Positions 13,353 through 25,562 of a stretch of DNA of 64,000 bases are shown one piece after another. The translations under genes and the position numbers were made by a program. Where the stretch lies: positions 124,001-188,000 of the forward strand of contig CDMY01000499.1 of assembly GCA_001179505.1 (NCBI GenBank), in the 5' to 3' direction. Positions within the stretch are counted from its first letter, which is position 1, and each line of letters begins with the position of its first letter. The notes beneath the pieces were generated by a model, which was given only the letters and a program-made list of their open reading frames with translations, was not told where the DNA came from and did no database searches. This stretch comes from Vitrella brassicaformis CCMP3155 (Eukaryota > Protista > Chromerida).

Positions 13353-16300
13353 ACAGACATGGGGGGAGGGAGGGAGGGACAAGGGGGGGCTGGCTTGGGT
13401 GTAGGTCGGTCAGTCGGTCGGTCCATTTCTGTGTCTGCCTGTGGGCATTTGGATGGTTGGTTGGATGGATGGATGGATGGTCAGACAGGCAGGCATGTGA
13501 GTGAGTGCGGGCGGGCGGGATAATATGTCATGGGGGGTGTTTGGTTTACACACACCAATATCATATCATGTACACAGATGAGATGAGATGACGACGGTCA
13601 GGTCAGGTCAGCTAGATGGGATCCAAGACGCAAATGCTCCGCCCCCCATTCTACCTTTCTGTCGACCGCCCGACCCGACCGGCATGAGCCAGTCTGTGCG
13701 TGTTCGTGCATGTGTATGCGAGCGGGTGGTACGTGGGTGCGTGTGCGCGTCGCTGTGTTCTTTTTTCTTTCATGGCGAGCGAGGCGAGCTTCGTTCCGTC
13801 AGCTGAGCTGCACCTGGGTTGCTGACAGGCAGACGGGCAGGTAGCCACGGAACGATGGAAGGAGAAGCGGGCGGGAATGGGGAGTGGTCTGCATGAGACT
13901 ATGGATGGATGGATGGATGGATCGCAGTCCTGCTCTGCTCGCCGTGGTTGGAGCTTTGGTGCGTGTGAAGTGTGGTGTGGTGTGGTGGTATTTAAGCACA
14001 CACGGTGGAGGTGGAGACGAAGGAAGGAAGGAGAGAAGAAGCGATGGACGGATGGATGGCTCATGTGTCGACCGATGTACATGCCATGCGTGTGAATGCC
14101 TGCCTGACTGTGTGTTCTATGTCGTGTGTGTATTGCCGTCGTGTCCACTATCCACCCATGTGTAGATCCAATTAAGCCAGGAGATTGCATACCCTGCCAG
14201 CCAGAGAGATCTCTGCCTGCCTGCCTGCCTGTCCACCGTTGTCTATCTGCGTGTCGACACATCCATCTCGAGTGAGCGCACTTCCTTCCAGTGAGAGTTT
14301 TGACCGTTGCCGGGCCGTTTTGTGCATCAGCCAGCCAGTGAGCACCACACACCGACCAAGCATCCATCCCTCACACACTCGCGCAGATCGATCCAACTTT
14401 TTTACTTTTGGCCGACCAACCGATGATCGGTGTGGTGGCCTCTCACCCACCCGCCGCCCATCCATCCATGCATTCACTCAGGCAGGCAGGGACTCACTCG
14501 TGTGGACGAATGATGCGATCGATAAGGAAGAGCATACGTGAGTGCGTAGTGAATGAATGGGTCTCGGCTCTCATTCAGGCTCTCTCTCCTCTCCACCACC
14601 CTCCTCTCTCTAGGCTAATCTCCTCGTCTTGTTTCCTCTCCCCTCTCTTGTGTGGTGTGTTGTGCTGTCTGTCTGGTTCCTCGGTAGCTGACTTGTGTGT
14701 CTGTGCTGATACCTGCCGCGCTCGCCTATGCTCTGCTCGTGGAAGAAGAATGAATGGGGCATAGAAGTTCTCTCTCTCTCTTGCCTTCCTCTCTTGGCTT
14801 GTCTTGTTGTTTCTTGGCTGGTTGGTCGCTCTGCTACCCACTAGTGCTACTCTGCTGGTTAATGCTATCTAATGCTACGCTGGTTTATAAATACCCAAGG
14901 GGGCCCGGGAATGGATGGGTTCTTTCACACACAGGGAGGTTTTCATGGCTGGCCGTGGCGTGGCGTCCACCTCCCTCAGCTGCCATCCGTGTCGTTTTTA
15001 TAGTGAGAAGACAGATCGATTACGCCTTTTTTTCTTCTCTGCTGCTGCCGTCCCTTGAGAAAGATTCACGCATGCCTTCTAGGAAAGCCAAGCCGCTACT
15101 GTCGGGTTGGGAGCGAGGGATGGGGCGGGATGGACTGAGGGGTGGGGCGGGTAGCCGGGCCATCCATCGGTCGACCATCGGTATTTTCTTCCGCCCGTCC
15201 GTCCGTACGCCCATACACTCACTCGTCGTCCACTGATGGATGGATGGATCGGACGCACCGTTTGCTGCCGCCGCAGTCAGTCACCAACCAGTGAGTGATG
15301 ATAGGGAGGGAGAGAGGTAGAGAGAGGTGAGTGTGGAGCCAAGGGGAGGGGGGCTCTTTATCCACGCCGCTCCTCACCGACATGCATACGTGCCCTAACA
15401 GAAATACATACATGCCTGCATTCACCTGCCTGTCTTCTATGAGTCAAAGAAACGAACATGCTCTGGGTGTGTGTGTGTGTGTGTGAATGGCTTCGTGACA
15501 CGAGTGACCGACCATTGGTGTTTATCTTGTCTGTCTGTTTGTCTGTCTCTCTGTCTGTCTGTCTATGTGTTCTGTGTCATCTGGGCAGCTAGCTAGTTTC
15601 ATGCATACGCACAGGGGGTGCAAGGACATCTCCCACCTCACTCTCCTCGCCTCGCCTCGCCTCTCCTCTCCTCTCCTGCTATGTGCTCCTGCCTTTCCTT
15701 CTTCCTTCTCTCTGTCTTCTGCCTGCTGTGCTGACGCGCTTTCTCACGACGAACAATGGACGCAGGCCGGCTGTATGTATGCTGGCTGTGCATTCCGTTG
15801 CCCTCCTGTCTGTCGGTCTTGCCTCTCGCCCTTGTGTTGCGCGTGTTGTGAGTGACGGGGGCAGCATTTTCGGGATTCGGGATCATCATCATCCACCTTT
15901 TGGCGATCTCTGCGACAACTGAACAACTTTTCAATATTCCTTTCTCCAATACAATATACAAATGAGTTACACAGACAAGTAGTTATCGACTGATCGTCGA
16001 TCCTTGTTTGTTTGCGTGTGAGCCTCTCTCTCCTCTGCTGCTCTTGCTTGTACTACTACCATACACACTTCCGCGTGCATGGTTTTGGTTGCCCTTAGTC
16101 AATGCGACGCGACCGACACAGAGATACACACATGTGTATGTTCCGTCCATGCCATGCATTCACGATGCTTGCTCAAGTTTCGTTGGAAAGAAAGAGTAAT
16201 CCTCATGATATCCGTTTTTTTTCCAATCAATCTGCTGCTCGGCTGGGTGCTTTCGCCGCACATCCCACTCCACTGACTGTCTCGCTGTGTCTCTGACTGT

Positions 16301-16595
16301 CGAGGGCAAACGCGCTCATGGCTGTTGGTTGCGCCCCTAGTCCATTCCATGCATGTTTCCCTTGCTTCTGAGTCTTAACACACGGGAAAAAGGGGAGGGG
16401 AGGGGATGGTGGTTGATTCTCGATTTTATTACTGTGGTGCCTGGCTTCACTACATGTTCGTTCCGGGCACGCTCATTGATTGAAGGCCTGCAAAAGTGGC
16501 GGGCACTCCCTCTCTCCCTCTCTGTTTGTCTATCTACCTGTACCTGCCTCTCTCTCTCTCTCTGGCTTTCTTTCCTGCTTTCTCCTTCTCGACGC

Positions 16596-16650
16596 ACATG
16601 TACATGTACATGTACATGTACGTGTGTGACCATAACATGTACATGTACGT
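16596..16650. repeat. Palindromic (ACATGT)n microsatellite
   Basis: Four perfect ACATGT units at 16596-16619, plus further degenerate units. The tract is self-complementary and alternates purine and pyrimidine. Confidence 0.9.
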
Positions 16651-18251
16651 GTACGTGTGAGCATATATAACGGATATATACACACATGCGTGTACGTACA
16701 CTAACTACACATATATGATACACGTGCACACAAACTGACTGGCGATCGGTGTTTTTCATCAGCGATCCGATGGATGGATGGATGCCTGACCTGATGGTGT
16801 TGCTGCCTCCTTCTCTCTGTCTTCTCTTTTCTTCTGTTCCTGCTTGCTGTACAGCGATCTGTCTGTCTGTCTGTCTGGTGTACACAACACACGTATGTCA
16901 ACACGCTCTTCTCTCCTCTTTTCTCCTCTTCTGTCCTGCTGACTGCGTGGCTCCTCTTCGCCTGTCTGTCTGTCTGTCTGTCGTTGGTGTCCGTCTGCAG
17001 ATATCCGTGAGGGAGAGTGAGAGATACATTCACTCATCCGCTCATTTCTTCATTCCATCAACCAACCATTTCGTTGTGTGTTTTGTTAGCCAGTCAGTCA
17101 CAGTGTCATTCATCATTCCATTTCCATCCACCCATTTAGGGAGGGGCCGGGCAGGGCATACATGGTGGCGTCTTTTTCCTTCCCTTCGTTCATTCATTTG
17201 GGTTTCCTTTTGCTCTGACCATTCCTTTGCATTCGTTTACAGTCCGATGGCACGCACCTTTCGGCCAGTCTGTGTGTCTGTCTGTCTGTCCATGGTGTGA
17301 GTGTGGTCTATCAGTGGATGGCATGCTGATCGCAGCTTACCTACGGAGATGTGTGCATGCGGAGAGCAGGCAGGCAGGCAGGCAAGACGGCGCGTGTGGG
17401 AGCGATGTGGATGTGTGTGGTGTGTTTCAGTATTTTTGTCCGTGGGTGGGTGTGTGGGTGTGGGTGGGTGGGTGGGTAAGGTCGCTTGCAGCACAGCACG
17501 TCCATAGTCCGTCAGTCCGTCTATTCATTCATGTTGGTCAGTGGAACTAGAAACGTGTAGCCATCTATCGACTGTCTGTCTGTCTGTTGCCATCCATCTA
17601 AGGGTTCTCCCTGTACCGTACACGGAAAGGAGGAAGGCTTTGAATCAGTCGGCGGATGACGCGCAGAGAAAGAGAAAAAACAGAGTGAGGGAGAGAGCGT
17701 AACATGCCACGCACAGCACAGACCGATCCGATTTACAGCATCATGTATGTGTGTGTATCCATGACATGTATGTGTGTCTATGAGTGTGTGTGTGTGTGCG
17801 TCTGTGTGTGTGTCCATGTGTGTCTAAGTGTGCAGCGAGACGGTGTGTGGTGTCTGTCCATGTGTGGTCCATCTGTGTGTGGGGGGTATCGGGGACGTAG
17901 CGTAGGACGACTGACTGCATACAGACCATCTTCCTGGTGTGCCTCGGGGTGGGGCGGGGCAGGGCAGCAAGGCAACCGGGCAGTCGCCATCGGCCAGCCA
18001 CTGCTGCCCCGGCCCTCCCCCACACCACGCACCCTACCTAATTCACGTGAATGAAGGTATTTGTCACCAACCATTGCCGTAGGCACAGCACACCATCCAT
18101 CTCATGTAAGTCAGTTGAAAGAGTCTCGCTCATCTGTCGTTTGTCCGTCCGTCCGGCCAGCATCATCCATCTAACTAAAGCGAACGAATTCCCGCCCCAC
18201 ACCGAGTCGATGCATGGATTCTTCCCGACCATTCTCGCTCACACATTCAGA

Positions 18252-19676
18252 TCACTGTAAGTTTCCTGACCTGGCTGCTGCCCCACTACTCGTCGATGGA
18301 GGCCCAACAGCCTGACACACACAGACCACAGAGAGAGATGACGGGAGATGCTCCTGCTCTCTCTCTCAATCAGCCGAGCACCTCACCTGCAGCAGTGTCT
18401 TGATGGCAGCCTTGACTTTGTCCATGTCCCGCTTCTTCAAACGCGCCGCAGCGCTCTCCCCTTCGGCTGCTGGGTCGTCGTCTGTGCCGACGGTGTCGAG
18501 CAGCCACTTGAGCAGCGATGCCTCGGGGCCGTCAGGGCCGCCGCGGGTGAGCAAATCGCACAGCTCCTTGTTCTTGAGTAGACGGAGACACACAAAGGCA
18601 GGGGGCTATGGTTGTGGGATCTGGTGGGGGGGTGGGTATGTTCGCGTGCGTGTGTGCGTGCCTTGTGTCGAGTGAGGCGGCTTTGGGCCCATCGGGTAAG
18701 GGCTGCCACCAACGCACTCGCACAACGGAGCTGACAGACGGAGACACGGACACACACATGAGAAGATGGGCAACGCTGTGGTTTGCGTCTGATGTGAGAG
18801 TGACCCACCTCTTCAACCAGTCTATCGGGCACTCCTGACGGACCGACACACACACAGAGAGACAGGCACTCATAGGTATTCACCTGGGAAAGATAGACGC
18901 ACGTGTGTGTTGTCACCGGCGTGGCTGCCATCTGTGTTGTTGATATTGATGTTGCGCTGCAGCCCAGGCGTCACCTGCACCTCCACTGACACACCGACCC
19001 CCTGATCCTCATCCTCACCCTGACCACCACCCCCTCCCTCTCCGTCGCCATCAGCCCCTACACCAGCACCAGCACCCTCCCCCGCCACACGCCCCTCCCT
19101 CTCCTCCTTCAGACGCCGCCCGTACTTCTCCAACTGTGTCACACACACACACAACAGCAGAAACAACAACACGGGGGCATTTGTGGTGCTGACATTTCGG
19201 ACCTGATCGCGGATGAACCTAGGGCCCGGCACCAGCTGGTGTGGGAACAGTGGCAGCCGCGTTAGAGGGGACCTCTGGCGTCGATCGAGCTCTTTGAGCA
19301 GTGGTGAGAGGTCGTACACGGTGCCGTGGGGCGTGATGACGGGGCGGGAGGGGAAGTTGAGCGTGATGGGGTCGATGTAGTCCCGGTACTGGGGCTCGAT
19401 CGCCTCGTCCGGCAACGCATCCAAATACGCTGACACACACACACACACACGGACGGAAACATCGGCAAGAAGTGCATTGGGCCGTGTGCGTGTGAGTGGT
19501 TCCTCCCTCCCTTGCCTTTGATCTCGGGGTCGATCCTGACGGCCCGCTCATAGGCGGGAGGTGAGGGGGGGCGCCATACGATGCCATTGTTCCGGTTGTG
19601 CATCAGGCCTCGGTCGGCCGCAGTGTCCTCGATCATGCCCCACACACGGCGGCGATTCGCGCGGGGGGCCATCCTG

Positions 19677-19712
<36 letters not shown>

Positions 19713-20587
19713 AGAAACCATTGTGTTTGGCTGTGTCTGTGTTGATGGGCACTTTGTGTTCTGACCTGCCGTAGGGCGGTGTCGGCGGGAGAGGTGCCAG
19801 CTGCGGGCGGATGCTGTTAGCAACACGAACACCGACACCTGCACACACACACACACACACACACACACGGACAGATGCACAACACACACACCCTCCCTCC
19901 CTCCTGACCCACCTGGTGGGGTGCCCGGTGACCTCTGCATCTCCCCGGGCACAGCCGGCAGCGCCTCCCCGCCATTGCCATTGCGATTCCTCTGTGGGGT
20001 CTCATACTCGTCGTCTATCTCATTGTCCGGCACGGCACTGCCGGCTGGCGGGGCGTCAGCCAACGGGGGAGGGGAGTTGGACACACTGGGCACACGAACC
20101 ACTTCTACAGGGCGGTCGCGTCCACCACCTGAGGGCTCGTGGGAGGGAAAGGCAGCACACATGATCATGTGATGTTCCACGTCACCATGTACGTGTGTCG
20201 CTTTCGTGTACCTGCCAGTGCATCTGCGACATTGCGTCCCCTCCCCGCTCCCTCCTGCCCGCCCAAGTTGGCCATAGCCAGCCTTCCGATAGCCTGCCTC
20301 ACGTCACCGCCATGATAACCAATACCAACATGAGGGCCGACACGAGGACGAGCTATGCTCAGCTGCAGGTGAGGGCGGTTCACGTCCGCTGCCGGACGGT
20401 CGGCTTCATTGCGAGGGTGCACAGGGGGCTGACTACGCCCACGTGGATGCATCATCGGGGCGCCAACGCGCTGCGGAATTGGAACTCGCAGCGGTGAGCC
20501 CTCATGGCGTCGGTGATTGGCAAGAATGGGCCCAGCGGGAAGGACGGGGGGAGGGCTGGGGGGTCGGGGCCTTATCCGCCGATGCAT
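18252..20587 (-). CDS. U-box domain protein (putative E3 ligase), paralog A
   Basis: RIDPEIK|AYLDALPDEAIEPQYRDYIDPITLNFPSRPVITPHGTVYDLSPLLKELDRRQRSPLTRLPL is U-box-like. Low-complexity N-terminus; last exon AVGPP...NLQ*. Confidence 0.75.
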
Positions 20588-20907
20588 TATGCTGTCACAG
20601 AGCTAATACAGCCTCACCAACGCATACATTCGAGCCCTTCCTGCACCAACACAAAATTGATCACAAAGGGCATCAACGGACATCACCAGAAGGCTTCAAG
20701 CGCCAATCCTCCTCACCTGAGGCCCGGAGGAAGGCCAGTTCACCTCCATCCATGAGTTTACGTGGTTAGGGCTGGCGAAACGATAGACAGTACGGGGGGG
20801 TGTGAACAAAAACCAACGTTCTCCTGCAAATGGCGGCCCTCGGCATCCTTCCCTCAACAGCAAGCCGAGCCGCATGATGTAACGACGTCTTTCTCTTAGT
20901 GAGCTGA

Positions 20908-23709
20908 ATGGAAGCTGCGGCTGCGGCAGCCAATGTCAATGGCGCCCAGCCCGCCCCTCAGCCTCCTCCCGCTCATCGCATGCCACCGAGACCTCCACAG
21001 CCCCGACGCCAACGCAACAGCAGCGAGCCCCCCAACAACAGAGAGCAACAAGGCCAGGCCGCCCGCACTCCCCGTCCCCGTCGCCCCCGAGCAGCGGCAG
21101 CGGCAGCGGCAGCGGCAGCAGCATCATCAGACAACATCTCTGTGCCGCCCCAGCACCATCGTCAGGCCACACCTGAGATTCTGATGGATGCCAGTCGTCG
21201 TCTCATGGGCCAAACGCTCGGGCGAGGAGGAGGGGTGACGGGTGTGCGTCAGCGGCTGGAGCGGCTGGATCTGGGCGTGACGCCACCGAGGGGCGGCAGG
21301 GGGCGCGGGAGGATCGCAGCACGAGGGGCCGCTGGGAGGTCGGGGGCGCGCGTGAGGGACGGGAGGATGGAGGACGTAGAGATTCGTGACGAGCAGGGAG
21401 AGGGGGACGGGCTGGTGGCGGGCGATCGTGACCGTCATGGCGGCGGGGGTTTGCCACCGTTGCCTCCACTCCGAGGCACCCCGGGTCGCCGTCGCGTCAC
21501 AAATCGTGGAGGCACACACATGTAGGCAAACACACTACACACAATCCATCCATCCGTCCATCCGTGTTTCTATTGGCGGCGTGTTTGTGTGTGCAGCACT
21601 CGTGGGGCACCGCGCGGCCGGGGGTTCCTGAGGATGGAGATGCCCAGCGACGGTAGCAGCGATGGATCTGGTCGTGGTCGTGGTCTGGGGATGGGGAGGG
21701 GGATGGGACGGCTGAGGATTGGGGGGCGACACGGCGGCGCAAGGATCAGACCACCTGACGCGCCGGCAAGAGAACGTAAGCATAGGAAATGGAAGCAAGG
21801 GAAGAAACGAAGAGGACATACACAACGAAACGGCCGGGATGGACGGTTGTTGTGTGTTGTCCCTTTCCTTGTGTCTTTAGCGAATCGGCTGCCTCGTCTG
21901 GAGATGCCGCAGCTGGCGGTGCCGGCCAGGGGCATCAGCCCCATGCGCGCATTCAACCGTCTCCCCTCATCCCCTCCCGCCACCCGCGGCAACCAGGACA
22001 ACGACAACCAAGACGAGGAAAACAACAATAACAACAACGAAGTTGAGCCGCAGAACGACGCCGACAACATGAACCAGCCCCTCCAACCTGCACCAGCGGG
22101 CTTCAACCTGGCCGACCTGCCCTCATCTGCGTTCCGCACCCCAGATCAGGGGCCTCTCTGGGGGCCTGGCACCCCTCCCACACCGCCCCCCTTCCGTCGT
22201 GCGCGACGCCGTCGTGCGGCGGATGACAGCACGCTCGGTAGGGGCAGGCGCAGCTCGGGAGCACGGTCCAACAGTGAGCCTCGCAACCCTGCCAGGGTGG
22301 ATCCTGAGGTCAAGGTGAGTGAGTCGAGGATGGAGGGGTCTTTGATCTCTTGTGCTGTGCTTTTGGTCTGGATGGATGGATGGATGGCTGTGTACTATTT
22401 TTTGTCGCTCCTCAGAATTTCCTGGATGGTTTGGGTGAGGGTGAGCTGGATGACGAGTGGAAGAAGACCTACCGCTGTCCGATCTCACACTGCTTCCCCG
22501 CCTGCCCCGTCGTCACCAAACACGGTGCGGACGGACACACGACACGCACACCAACGAAGCGAACACAAAGTCAAACCTCTCCTCTCCTTACTCAGGCAAC
22601 ACCTACGATCGCGACGCCATCCTCGAGGCGCTCCGCCGCGAGCCCCGTTCCCCCCTGACGCGCGAGCCGCTCAACCGCCAACACCTCTACCCAAATCGTG
22701 TGGCAGCGGCCGCCATCGAAGCCTACGGCCGGCAACTGATGCGGCAGAGGGAGGAGGAGCAGGGTAGGGAGCGGGGCCAGCCGGCCGATCTGGGGCCGCG
22801 TGAGATGATTGAGGATGGCGTGCAGGCGGGGAGAGAGGGGGAGGGGGACGGTGAGGTGGATGGCGGTGCGGGTATTGGTGTTGGCGTTGGTGGAGACGAT
22901 AGGATGGAGATGGAGGTGCAGGCGGGGCCCAACATGGTTGACGGTGAGCCGGGGCGACACCAAGTCAAGGCAGGCGGGCCGTTAAGGCGGACGAGACGTT
23001 TGCATGCGCCATCCATCCATCTTTTGTGTTGTGTGTGTGTATGTGTGTGTGCGTGTATGTGTCTTTCAGATTCGACACAGACGTTCCCATCGGACATCCT
23101 CGAGCTGGTTCCACACACACACACACGCACAAGAAATGGCCCAAAGCCCATGGTTGATGTCTCTCTTGTATGTGTATCCTGTGTCTATCCATCACCACCA
23201 GGTGCGTACCAACGAGCAGCTTCGCGAGTTCCTGAAGAAATTCCACCGCGATCGAGCGGCCCGCCGTGAGGTGGCGCGACGGGCCGCTGCGGCTCCGCAG
23301 CACATCAAACAACTCATCACCAAACTCAAGAAAGTACCAGGGTACACCATCATTCATCCATCCATCCATCTGATGCACCCGTACATCAGTGTGTGTGCAC
23401 GTGTGTGTCTCCTTCCCTCTCTGCTTTGTGTGTGGTTGCGTGCAGTGGCGAGCGGATGATGCAGTTCCTGGATGGTGAGGAGGAGAGGCTGAGCCGGCCG
23501 CGACGGGGCGACATGGAGAGGGTTCTCGACCAAATCGGGGCAATCGTAGAGGTGCGCACACACACACACACACACACACCGACACGTATACGTATACGTA
23601 TTGGTCACTCGTGTGGGTGCAGGCTGCGGGCCATCCTGTTGACGGCGCCAACGGAGGGGCGGCCCAGGCCGATGCAGCAGCTGCAGCACCCAACCAGCAG
23701 CCGCACTGA
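20908..23709 (+). CDS. U-box domain protein (putative E3 ligase), paralog B
   Basis: RVDPEVK|NFLDGLGEGELDDEWKKTYRCPISHCFPACPVVTKHG|NTYDRDAILEALRREPRSPLTREPLNRQHLYPNR. Last exon AAGHPV...QPH*. Confidence 0.8.
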
Positions 23710-24231
23710 CATGACACCGTAGATCAATGATACAGATATCAGCCAAGTACTGCTGTTAGATGTGTCCGCATGCGTGTGTGTGAGAAGATGGCGGCCTGTC
23801 TGCCCAAGATAGAGGGAGGGGGGAGAGCAGGGCCAGGCAACATGTTGCCGGCTGACTTGACTTCACTCGACTCCACGTGTGGGTGTGTGGGTGTGTTTGT
23901 ACGTGCGCACCACTGCAAATGAAAAGGACAGCATTCACGTGTCTAACTCCCGTCACGGCAATTGGATTCGACAGATTCACAGGATCCGTATGAGCGTAAC
24001 AGGTAGAGGGAATCGAATACATACGGTCACATCGGCCACATCAGATGCGGCACTGACTGCATCGCTACTACGCATACACACATAAATGACGCTTCAAATC
24101 GGCGTCAGTGCACCCATCCGTCCGTCCGAGAGGCACACTCACTCGCAAAACCCGACCCCACTCGCCGCCAGCCACTTGTCGAACCCCCCCCCCCCCCCCG
24201 GCAGTTCGTCAGTCGTCACCTGCCGCCCGTA

Positions 24232-24531
24232 NNNNNNNNNNNNNNNNNNNNNNNNNNNNNNNNNNNNNNNNNNNNNNNNNNNNNNNNNNNNNNNNNNNNN
24301 NNNNNNNNNNNNNNNNNNNNNNNNNNNNNNNNNNNNNNNNNNNNNNNNNNNNNNNNNNNNNNNNNNNNNNNNNNNNNNNNNNNNNNNNNNNNNNNNNNNN
24401 NNNNNNNNNNNNNNNNNNNNNNNNNNNNNNNNNNNNNNNNNNNNNNNNNNNNNNNNNNNNNNNNNNNNNNNNNNNNNNNNNNNNNNNNNNNNNNNNNNNN
24501 NNNNNNNNNNNNNNNNNNNNNNNNNNNNNNN
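24232..24531. other. Assembly gap (300 N)
   Basis: Run of N. Confidence 0.99.
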
Positions 24532-25244
24532 GCAGCTTCTTGCGGGCGGCCTCGAGGCGCTTCCTGCACACACATACACGATGGCGTCCATCCATCCATC
24601 GATCCATCCATCCATGTATGTGTGGAGGTGAGCTGGTGTGCGCACCGTTCGTCTTCGACCCACTCGAAGTCGTCGGGCCGCATTTGGTAAAAGGTGAAGG
24701 CCATCTCAAAAGCCATAAACATGACCAAACCGATCGCCGTCAGATTCCCCTTCAGACGAGGACTGAACGCCTTGGGCGTCCCTGCACACACAACACACAC
24801 ACACACCCGCGGTGAGCCATGGCCACCGCCCGCCCCCCATCCACCGACGTACCTCTCATGAATTGGTGGAACTGTTCGCGAGTGAGCTCAAACTGCGTGG
24901 GCGCCTTGGTCGGCCGCGCGTAGCCCTCGTTGACCGAAGGATTCCTCGGACGATTCATCTCAACCTCCTCCCACTGAGCCACACACAGCACACGGGACGG
25001 CAAATGACAAACACAAACACAGAGAGAGCATCCATCGGGCTGCGTGTGTGAGGTGTCCATCACTCCTCGAGCCTACCGTTTCCAAAGGCCTATTGTCCAT
25101 GGGCTTGTATTCCCAGTACGACTTGAACGGCTTGTTGTAGTGTCGCCTGCCGCCGTCTGACCACCCCACACACGACTGCGAGGCCGATGCCGCCACAGGC
25201 CGGCGGACGCCTCGGAGAGCGACAGAGGCCCGAGCCAAAGCCAT
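24532..25244 (-). CDS. Small single-TM, probably mitochondrial protein, COA3/CCDC56-like; 3' end in or beyond the gap
   Basis: Arg/Ala-rich presequence-like start (MALARASVALRGVRR), then KGNLTAIGLVMFMAFEMAFTFYQMRPDDFEW, which resembles the N-x-TM-(Q/P)DDF pattern of COA3. The family call is from memory. Confidence 0.5.
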
Positions 25245-25369
25245 CGAGGCAAAAAAGGCGGTGATCTCTCTTTCCGCGGCCCTACAGCAACGACAGATGT
25301 GTGTTGTATGGCCTCGTGATCTCTCTGCCTCCACCGCGAGCTGGCATTTTTTTTTCAAGCTCGCATTCT

Positions 25370-25432
25370 TGGGAGTGAAAACGTCAGGCCGCTTAGGACA
25401 TTGCGTGAAACCGCTCTCTCTGGGAGTGAAAA
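25370..25432. promoter_or_regulatory. Repeated TGGGAGTGAAAA motif in a bidirectional promoter
   Basis: Exact 12-mer at 25370-25381 and 25421-25432, with a partial GCGTGAAAC between them, inside the 318-bp gap between divergent start codons. Confidence 0.35.
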
Positions 25433-25562
25433 ACAGGAGGAAGGGAGTGTGTGAGAGCTGTGATGGCCTGGAGTCCGGCTGTGGTGCAGCTGCTGGTCCT
25501 TCATCGCTGATTCACTCATCGACGAGGGCTCAGCCTGGAGAGCCGGCCAGAGGCGAACCAGG

